Shown here piece after piece: positions 11,863 to 21,475 of a stretch of 64,000 bases of DNA. The notes beneath the pieces were generated by a model. The model saw only the letters and a list, made by a program, of their open reading frames with translations. It ran no database searches and had not been told where the DNA came from. The translations under genes and the position numbers were made by a program. Position 1 is the first letter of the stretch. Each line of letters opens with the position of its first letter. Origin of the DNA: Eledone cirrhosa (Eukaryota); assembly GCA_964016885.1 (NCBI GenBank), contig OZ024742.1, positions 159,030,001 through 159,094,000 of the forward strand. Direction: 5' to 3'.

Positions 11863-12040
11863 TATATATACAAATAGAAGTTTAGTAAAATCGAAGCTTT
11901 AGCGGTGGCCAAGCTAACAAGATACAATTAGGTTTGTGTAACAAAGCACTCAATAAGGTAACATACGTTAGATAGCGTGACAAATTCAAAACTGCGGCAA
12001 GCGGGCCTAGCCTCATAATACACCAAAGAATACGTTCAGG

Positions 12041-12080
<40 letters not shown>

Positions 12081-12164
12081 CCTGAACGTATTTTCGTTGC
12101 TTTGGTGTGTATATATATATATATATTTATTTAAAAATATATATATGTATATAGATATATATAT

Positions 12165-12950
12165 TATAAACAGTCGGGACGCCCTCGGCTGAGCTTTTGC
12201 CGTTTCAGTTCAGCAGCTAGTTCCAGACTGATTGTCGAAGGCATTGGCGGTTAACTGGCTGTCTTATCAGAGGAGTCATTTGTCCAAATAAGGGCATACA
12301 TAGTTTATCCAATTGTAAAGAATTATTTTCCCAAAAATGTTTTGTTTTTTGTTTTTTTTTTGTTGAGGAAGTGGCTGTATGTAGTTGTATGTATAGATAA
12401 CTGGTTTAGTGAGTGTTTATATGTATGTGTGCGTGTATATGTGCGTTCAAGTTTATCTCTCTGGTCATCTCTAGATATAATGGTTTCTGATTTAGGCACA
12501 AGGCCAACAATTTGGGTGAAGGGAAAGTCGATTAAATCGACTCCAGTGCATTACTGGTACTTTATTTTATCGACCCCGTAAGGATGAAAGGCAAAGTTAA
12601 TCTCGGTGGGATTTGAACTCAGAATGTAAAGGGTCATAACTCTATGCTGCAAAGCATGGATGTCTGACGCTCTACCGATACTGCCAATCCATATATAATA
12701 ATCCTAAAGAGGGAGCAGAAATATATTTATCGAGAAAGTATATTACAACCACTCCCTCAACAACAAACACTTTCGTGAAAAAATTTCTTTACAATTGGAC
12801 AAACAGTCTGGAACTAGCTGTTGAAATGGCAAGAGCCCAGCCATTGGGATCCCGGCTTTTTATAACATAACCATACTCTACTACACTAAGTATCAAGTAC
12901 ACTGGTGAATAATAGTCTAACCAGTTTCAAACTGAATCCATCTTGACTTT
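12165..12950. mobile_element. Decayed hammerhead-bearing element pieces related to family D, in both orientations, split by a SINE
   Basis: Minus 12178-12277: GACTCCT-CTGATAA-GACAGC..GCTG..GAAA-CGGC..GCCG; plus 12823-12851: GAAA-TGGC aagagccca GCCA-TT-GGGATC, then tail actctactacactaagtat as in family D. Confidence 0.55.
12482..12691 (-). mobile_element. SINE family 1 variant
   Basis: Reverse complement of SINE head and core. Confidence 0.85.
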
Positions 12951-13062
12951 TATATATATATATATATATATATAATTGGGTAAGTAGGTAGCAGGTATAT
13001 ATATATATATATATATATGTATATGAAAAAGAACACAAGAGCGTCTACAACATCAAAAGATT

Positions 13063-13120
13063 TTTATTGGCTAACAATGTTTCTTCCTTACGTAACCGTA
13101 GGATTCATCAGAGCTATAAA
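13063..13120 (-). ncRNA. Type I hammerhead-like motif
   Basis: GCT-CTGATGA-A TCC TACG gtta CGTA a GGA A-GAAA-C att G TT-AGC; A.A at the base of stem II, so possibly decayed. Confidence 0.65.
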
Positions 13121-13441
13121 AGGGGGTTTGATTGGTGTTATGGACTCTACCAACCAAACACCCAAGAACAAAGAGTAAAGAGATTAAAGAGCAAAAGTAG
13201 GGGACGATAAGTCTAATTTTGGTGCGGGAGGGTGGGGTGTTGGTCCTTGTTTACTAGCTGCGGTCATATTCATTCCCGGGGGTCGGGTGGTTAGCTGAAC
13301 CATAGATAGGGTGGCGTCGATAGTATGGTGCAGAGGGTGCGCAGAGGCTACACAAACACAAAGGGCGTAGAATACATATATACATATAGCGGAGGAGAAG
13401 GTACATGAGGTAATTAGAAATTGAAAAAGAGTAATTATAAT

Positions 13442-13628
13442 TAATTGTTTCTACTTTTGGCACAAGGCCAGCAATTACCCAGTGCATTACTGGTACTTTA
13501 TTTTATCGACCCCGTAAGGATGAAAGGCAAAGTCAACCTCGGCGGGATTTGAACTCAGATCGTAAAAGGGACGTAACTATGCTGGAAAGCATGGCGTCCG
13601 ACCCTCTACCGATACTGCCAATCCACCG
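13442..13628 (-). mobile_element. SINE family 1
   Basis: Reverse complement of 3573-3760. Confidence 0.88.
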
Positions 13629-14536
13629 TAATAGTGTATAATAAGGCATGGGGAAGATTACACTATAATAAGGTATAAAGGTAAGAATAAGGTAAAATAT
13701 AAAGGGGGATAAAAGTGGAAATAATAATAAAGATAAAAAATATATATAGAGAATATATAAGGAAATATAAGCGAATATTTGGAGGGGAAAACACAATGTA
13801 AAAAAGCCGATTTTTTTCAAACAATAATAAAAATATAATAATTATGGGGGGAGAAAACAGGATAGAGAAATATGATTAAGTGTGATTAGTTGAGAGAGTA
13901 TAAGATGATAACAGTTATGTCCAGTTTATACATCTTAATAATAAATAATAAACAATATGTGTATCAGAGTTGCAGAACCTTCAATTCACTTACGGGTTCA
14001 AGCCACGTGGCATGGTCCATTGTTTATCTGTGCGGTCATGTGCGTTTGTTTTTGACACCACAGCAGATGCACAAGTTTGTAAATTCCAATGCAGATAGAA
14101 ATCAATTTTTGCTCACCCGGACATTGACCGAGGATCCAATATTCCTAGTTCAATATGTGTTTGGTGTTAATTTGGTCGCACAAATCAATCAATTGGTTCA
14201 ATATATGGAGTATGGTTTCCTGGTCTTCGTGACAGTGTCAGTGGTTGTATATTTGGAAGTCACAAGGATCACAGTACTCCGGTTTGGTGTGATTATCGGT
14301 CATCCAGCTATGTTGTTGGTGGTTGGATTCAAATCTATTCGCCCAAACGTTGAACTTTGGTGTCGATAGGACATCAACGAAGCAGGGTGAGATCGCATCT
14401 GTGGTACAAAGCGGTACGCAAGGAAATTCTTCGTCTTCGTTTCATCCGGGTCCAGTAGTCACGTGCAAGAACCGCTACGTAGTAATTGTGGGGTCAATCA
14501 ACTGACCGAAAATTCAGGCAGGCATAACACCTTTTT

Positions 14537-14866
14537 TATGTGTGTACGTGTGCCCGACACACACAGACACATATCTATATGTATTTCAACCCAAAAAACT
14601 CAAATGATTCACCCAGTGGTACTACAATCGGTCAAGACAGTAACTGGCCGACAGTTCCCTTAGGAATTCAGACAGGCATGACAGGTATAATTAGGTCAAG
14701 AGCCTCCTTATGTGTTCGTGTGTTCGATACACACAGACACATATCCACATGTATTTCAACTCAAAAAATTTCAGTTGATTCCCCCGTTGATATCATATCT
14801 GTGCTGTTTCAACTCAAAAAATGTTTGGGTTGATTCCCCCATTGATATCATATCTGTGCTGTTTGG
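14537..14866. repeat. Local tandem duplications (~170-bp and ~53-bp units)
   Basis: gacacacacagacacatatc..gtatttcaac at ~14556 and ~14727; gttgattcccc..ttgatatcatatctgtgctgttt at ~14774 and ~14829. Confidence 0.7.
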
Positions 14867-15597
14867 ATATGCATGCTGTGGTGTTCTGGTCGTGCATATC
14901 ATTCATTCACTGTATTTTGCCACTACATTGGAATGTGATGTTATGGTCATCAATAGTCCGGCAAGCGCATTTCGCTCTTATATTGCGTAGAATGGTGTTC
15001 TGGTCCTCAGTAAACATCCAGGTCAGCAGGAGGGGTGGTGGTTCTCAGTTTCAACTTCGACAATACATATATGTTACTCTGCATATCGTGCTCCTCTCAG
15101 AGAAGAGTATTATAGGGGGAATTCATGCCACACAGCACACATAGAGAGAATTTCTACAGAAGAGTATACATACATATACACATACATACACACATTATAC
15201 ACTTACACATACACACTCATACGCATACATACATATATTCACATACATGTCACACATACCCATACACACAATATAATACGCATGCATACAATATACATAT
15301 ACACACACACACATGCATATACATATATATACACATACATATATATACATACATATACACACAATTTACATACATACAATGCACGCACACATGCGTGCAT
15401 GCATGCACACACGCACGCACACCCACACATATGTCTGCGTGTGCGTGCGTGTGAGAGATTAAAGGAGAATACACACACACACACGCAAGAGCACCAACCT
15501 TGTAGGGGACTGCACCACCCTTATGGTACCTATCTATCTAGGTTACGGGTTGGGGGGGACTATAGTCTAGGTGGGGGTTGCGTGATATATGTTACTT

Positions 15598-16836
15598 CTA
15601 TGTGCTAGGTTTAAAATAGAAGAAGGAACTCAGGATTTTGTGTTGGCATGAGGAGAAAATTTCCGATTTCCTGTTAAGCAGGTTCAGTTTAGAGTGTATT
15701 ATGGCATGGCATTCCAGTAAACACAGGTCACACCTTCCGCTCTGCGGTCGGTATGGCGTGGATCTAGTAAGCTTCCTCCAAAAAAGTTTGTATGGGGTAC
15801 TATTATTTTTTAAGAAGGAGATGTATCCCGCCAGTGAGGTGGCATTTTTATGTCTGTCGTGTCTAAATGTGTACATATGCGCGTTAAATCTAGTTTTAAA
15901 TGTATTGGACGTTGCTCCTATATATGTTTTGGTAGAGTTGTGTGTGGTTACGTCACATGCATATACTATGTTTTTCGTGAGGCAATCCCCCCTTAGGGGA
16001 CAGTTACTACTCCGCCTACAATTGCAACTGCGGGTTCGATTAGTTAGCTTACCTCCCGAAGTTTGGTTACTCGCATTATCACTAGGTGCCTCTATATCAT
16101 TAGATGGCTCATTGATGCTATTATGTTGCCCATTTTCTAGTGTAGTCGGTTGCTGGTGGTTAACTGCCATTTTAATTGCTTCGAATCCCTCCTTAGTTTT
16201 CCTAATGTTCGTACGTGCTAGGTGTGATGCGAGGTTAGGTGTGGTCGAATAGGATAATTTAATTACGTTTTTGTTAATTATGTTGCGGTATCTATTGCCT
16301 GGTGGAAAGTTTTTTTCCAATAATGAGAAGAATACTCTGGGGAGGTTAGTGAGGACCTCAGAGTTAAAAGGTGGGTTAAAATACATGTTTTTCCTTCTTC
16401 TATTTTTCTTATCTGTGGGGTGAGTCTCGCTACTGTGCGTACTATTTTGTAGGGTTCCGTTATTAACGTTAGTGGCGTTGTCCGTTTTGCTTAAGCCCGA
16501 ATGGTTTATATTCATGGCGTGATCATTTACTGTTTTAGAGTTGTGGTGGGGGACTCTAGTATCGTCTTTACGTGGTTTACATTTAGCTATGTTACCACCA
16601 TTAGGGTTCTTACCTCTAATTTGGTTAGGCTTTGTGGCCATACTATGTGTGATTATGTTGGTAGGTTTCACACTCATGGTTTGAGAGTCCTTATGTATAT
16701 ATGATAATCTACTCCCGTAACCAGATTCTGCTAGGGCCCTGTCATAATACTCTGCATTGGAGTTGAAGATACTCTCATTACAGGACAGTCTGCTAATTCT
16801 GTTAGAGACCCCCCTGGGAATAGCGTTTAGGACTGA
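15598..16836 (-). mobile_element. 5'-truncated Penelope-like retroelement: RT thumb + GIY-YIG endonuclease, frame uninterrupted
   Basis: Upstream of the listed ORF the frame reads VLNAIPRGVSNRISRLSCNESIF..YDRALAESGY (PLE thumb); YFNPPFN..TN..KNFP; CNC..CPLRGDC; NIVYAC..TYIGAT..FKTRFNAH (GIY-YIG); CDLCLLE..LLN..CQH; 5' junction at (TA)n. Confidence 0.9.
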
Positions 16837-16845
16837 TTATATATA

Positions 16846-17038
16846 TAGGAACGAGTAGGACCCCGACGGCTGAACTCAAGCCGTTTCGACGGCTAATTCT
16901 GGACCAGAATTAGCCGTCGAAACGGCTTGAGCTCAGCCGTCGGGGTCCTACTCGTTCCTATTACCCACTCTACTACCCTAAGTATTGAGTACTTTGGTGC
17001 GTTATGGTCCACCTGGTTCCTTACCACATTTCCTCCGT

Positions 17039-17041
<3 letters not shown>
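16846..17041 (+). mobile_element. Family D palindromic pLTR-like fragment abutting the PLE 5' junction, in opposite orientation
   Basis: Palindrome 16846-16961 centred on aattctg-gac-cagaatt; GAAA-CGGCT tgagctc AGCCG-TC at 16919-16941. Confidence 0.75.
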
Positions 17042-17070
<29 letters not shown>

Positions 17071-17100
17071 AAAGAATAGAGGTGTAACACACAAGTTATG

Positions 17101-17360
17101 AAAAGGAAAAGAAAATGCTGACAAATTGTTCGCAGTGAAAAATAGTTTAATTAGGAATAAGTGAAAATTAGTAATAGTATTAAAGCAAACATCACGGGCG
17201 CTCTATCTCAAAATTATTTTTGAAAAGCATTAGAAATGCGCAACCGGTAAAACTTAAAACCGAAACTGAATACTAACCAATACTATTACTAATTTTCACT
17301 TATTCCTAATTAAACTATTTTTCACTGGGAACAATTTGTCAGCATTTTCTTTTCCTTTTA
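17101..17360 (+). mobile_element. Fold-back element with ~80-bp inverted arms and a central hammerhead-like motif
   Basis: 17101-17181 inverted to 17279-17360; loop has TTT-TTGAAAA-GCAT tagaa ATGC-GCAA-C cg G TA-AAA at 17217-17252. Confidence 0.6.
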
Positions 17361-17407
<47 letters not shown>

Positions 17408-17422
17408 GCTACCTACTTACCT

Positions 17423-17457
<35 letters not shown>

Positions 17458-17750
17458 CAAATAACGAAACGAAATTAAATTTCGTTTCGTTTGTAACTCA
17501 ACTCACTTTTGTATGACTGACGCTTAAACAATTAAGTTAAAAATGTACATCTACATATGCATACTGAAATATTAGTGTGTATATGAATACACACACGTAT
17601 ACATATGTAGGTGTAACAAGTCTTTCACTGGTTGCTTTACTAGAGCAACTCAGCTATTCTGTATGTAAACACACAGACAAACCGGTTTTTAAAGTCATAC
17701 TGGTTTTCGGGGGAACACCTTCCCTCTATTCTCCAGAAAGCCAGACAAGG

Positions 17751-17795
17751 AATATTGAACTAGTTTCGTTGTTGTTACAACTCATCAGCAATATT
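17751..17795 (-). ncRNA. Type I hammerhead ribozyme (family B)
   Basis: Exact reverse complement of 18643-18687. Confidence 0.9.
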
Positions 17796-18642
17796 TACCT
17801 ATCTACCGGCCCTTCTGGAGAATTGTAAAAGCACATATCGTTATATGCTTTTTCTATGAAAATTAGTAGTGGCCAGACTAATTTGCATAGAGTGTGAGTA
17901 CGCACCGGTTCAGCGGAGACGATAAAAACAAATAACGAAACGAAATTAAATTTCGTTTCGTTTGTAACTCACTTTTGTATGACTGACGCTTAAACAATTA
18001 AGTTTAAAATGTACATCTACATATACATACTGAAATACTAGTGTGTATATGAATACACACACGTATACATATGTAGGTGTAACAAGTCTTTCACTGGTTG
18101 CTTTACTGTGAGCAACTCAGCTATTCTGTATGTAAACACACAGACAAACCGGTTTTTAGAGTCATACTGGTTTTCGGGGGAACACCAGTATGACTCATCA
18201 GCAATATTTACCTATCTACCGGCCCTTCTGGCTTTCTGGAGAATAGAGGGAAGGTGTTCCCCCGAAAACCAGTATGACTCTAAAAACCGGTTTGTCTGTG
18301 TGTTTACATACAGAATAGCTGAGTTGCTCACAGTAAAGCAACCAGTGAAAGAGTTGTTACACCTACATATGTATACGTGTGTGTATTCATATACACACTA
18401 GTATTTCAGTATGCATATGTAGATGTACATTTTTAACTTAATTGTTTAAGCGTCAGTCATACAAAAGTGAGTTACAAACGAACGAAATTTAATTTCGTTT
18501 CGTTATTTGTTTTTATCGTCTCCGCTGAACCGGTGCGTACTCACACTCTATGCAAATTAGTCTGCCCACTACTAATTTTCATAGAAAAAGCATATAACGA
18601 TATGTGCTTTTACAATTCTCCAGAAGGGCCGGTAGATAAGTA

Positions 18643-18687
18643 AATATTGCTGATGAGTTGTAACAACAACGAAACTAGTTCAATATT
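18643..18687 (+). ncRNA. Type I hammerhead ribozyme (family B)
   Basis: AATATTG-CTGATGA-GTTG taacaa CAAC-GAAA-C ta G TT-CAATATT; palindromic AACTAGTT stem III; GUU site after 18680. Confidence 0.92.
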
Positions 18688-18903
18688 CCTTGTCTGGCTT
18701 TCTGGAGAATAGAGGGAAGGTGTTCCCCCGAAAACCAGTATGACTCTAAAAACCGGTTTGTCTGTGTGTTTACATACAGAATAGCTGAGTTGCTCACAGT
18801 AAAGCAACCAGTGAAAGACTTGTTACACCTACATATGTATACGTGTGTGTATTCATATACACACTAGTATTTCAGTATGCATATGTAGATGTACATTTTT
18901 AAC

Positions 18904-18980
<77 letters not shown>

Positions 18981-19065
18981 TGTAGATGGATTCAATTTGA
19001 AACTGGTACTTGATTCTTATACATTTATATATAACGAATGGAAAACTAGCAAATAAACATGAAAA

Positions 19066-19102
19066 GCTTTTGAAAAGCTGTTATAAGCGAAACCGGTCAA
19101 GT
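19066..19102 (+). ncRNA. Minimal hammerhead with U3-A8 core
   Basis: GCTT-TTGAAAA-GCT gttata AGC-GAAA-C cg G TC-AAGT. Confidence 0.65.
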
Positions 19103-19347
19103 ACAAAAGTAAAAAAATGTATCTTTTTGGTGTAAACTTTTTTCATTATGTACTATACATATAACATTTAACTACAAAAGTACAACATTTTTTTTTAATA
19201 AAACAATGCTTTTCGTTGTGTACTAAACCCGTGACACATATATAAAATAAATGCTTTTATATACATGTGCTTTTTTTTTAATCCTCTTCGGTTTTTAATC
19301 CTCTTCGGTTGTAACGTTATTTCTGCATCTACAGATTGATTTTTCTC

Positions 19348-19399
19348 AGTTTCAGAAGATCCCGTAAAAGGGTGAAAGCAACGATTGTTTTCTTAAACT
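19348..19399 (+). ncRNA. Hammerhead-like motif, family E (CAGAAGA core)
   Basis: AGTTT-CAGAAGA-T CCC gtaaaa GGG T-GAAA-GCA..TTC TT-AAACT; copies at ~32113 and ~32660 give the TGCT 3' strand of stem III. Confidence 0.55.
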
Positions 19400-19445
19400 T
19401 TAATCTCTACATATAATAAATATTTGCTCTACGGGTTTTTTTATA

Positions 19446-19497
<52 letters not shown>

Positions 19498-19537
19498 TAC
19501 AAATATTAATAAAATAGGTGTTCTTTTGATTAATTAA

Positions 19538-19590
19538 ATTTTATTATACATATTTCAGAGGTACAACAGTACGTCCTCATCAGACAAAAT
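19538..19590 (-). ncRNA. Type I hammerhead ribozyme, family C second copy (element 19492-19693)
   Basis: ATTTTGT-CTGATGA-GGAcGTAC tgtt GTACcTCT-GAAA-T atgt A TA-ATAAAAT. Confidence 0.8.
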
Positions 19591-19687
19591 ATAATGATAC
19601 ATGACATACCCTGAGATGTTAAATGGTTAAGATTTAAGGTAGTGTAAAACTCATTCTTTGATGTACTCATTGAATCTAGTTTAACTC

Positions 19688-19748
<61 letters not shown>

Positions 19749-19871
19749 AAATACTTATCGAGTCCTCTTCGGATTTTAGTCTTCACATTTATTATTACTA
19801 TATATATATATCATCATCATATCATCATCATAATCATCATCACCATTTAACGCCCATTTTTCCAAGCTTGC

Positions 19872-20470
<599 letters not shown>

Positions 20471-20922
20471 GTTTTATCATCATCGTTATTTTAACGTCCG
20501 CTTTCCCTTCTAGCAAAGGTTGGCCCGGTTTATATAGACCAAGTTAAGACTGAAGCGGAGCCACTGATCTCCCAGATAGGCCAGGGGGTCTGTGACTCGC
20601 TTTATGTGTGTTTGTCGGAAAATTGAATTAGAAGATTTTTGATGATCAATTTCATTAGACAAATCCATTACATGATAGAACTTTCTTACCTGCATGCTAA
20701 ATTGATTCATCTTATGCTTTCTTCACCATTCAATCACACATCTAATTGTCACACATCTAATTGAGCATGCTTGTTTAGTTTCTACCCTACCTTCATATAT
20801 CCTCTGCATTCCCTACCCGTGTCTCGTTAATATATCAACATTGCACTTCCCGTGTAGGCATCATACAATCTGCACTTCACTTCATTCAGAGGGAAGGATC
20901 CATTTGTATGTATGTATGTATG

Positions 20923-20997
<75 letters not shown>

Positions 20998-21028
20998 GTA
21001 ATAAACAACACAATATCTATGATAGATA

Positions 21029-21098
21029 TTTCATGTGATAAACGAAACAGACGTTTCTGTTAGAATCGCCTAACTTCGTGAAACCTTGGGTAATGGAA
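21029..21098 (+). ncRNA. Degenerate hammerhead-like motif with branched stem II
   Basis: TTTCAT-GTGATAA-ACGAA..TTCGT-GAAA-CC ttg GG TA-ATGGAA; core positions 3 and 8 non-canonical. Confidence 0.45.
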
Positions 21099-21188
21099 TA
21101 ATTATATTGTGTTGTTTATTATATAATTAAATAGCTCTGTACAATACATATAGCACTCTTTCCTTTACCTTTTCTACGAAAATACTTA

Positions 21189-21312
<124 letters not shown>

Positions 21313-21475
21313 AAAAAGTAATCAGAAATAACAAAGCAAACGACACAGTACAATGAAGAAATATATTATTTTAACACTTGAAATAATAAAAGATGAAATA
21401 GAAAGATAGATTGAGAAAAGGGAGGAACGTAAATATATATTTTTTAGGAAAAACACGTGTATATTCAGTGAGCCA

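Larger units (their letters stand above)
17451..18909. mobile_element. Retrozyme-like array, family B: ~466-471-bp units, ~1.5 units on each strand, forming a ~1.4-kb hairpin
   Basis: ataaaaacaaataacg at 17451 and 17922; gctttctggagaatag at 18231 and 18697; arms ~17530-18186 and ~18254-18909 are reverse complements; (TA)n flanks. Confidence 0.88.

Noticed and set aside
13890-14369. 159-aa plus-strand ORF
   Set aside because: Non-ATG start and no motif; more likely antisense to a decayed TE frame
17451-18909. CRISPR-like or DNA-transposon reading of the repeats
   Set aside because: Eukaryotic context, no repeat-spacer pattern; the inverted arms are permuted tandem units rather than TIRs with a TSD
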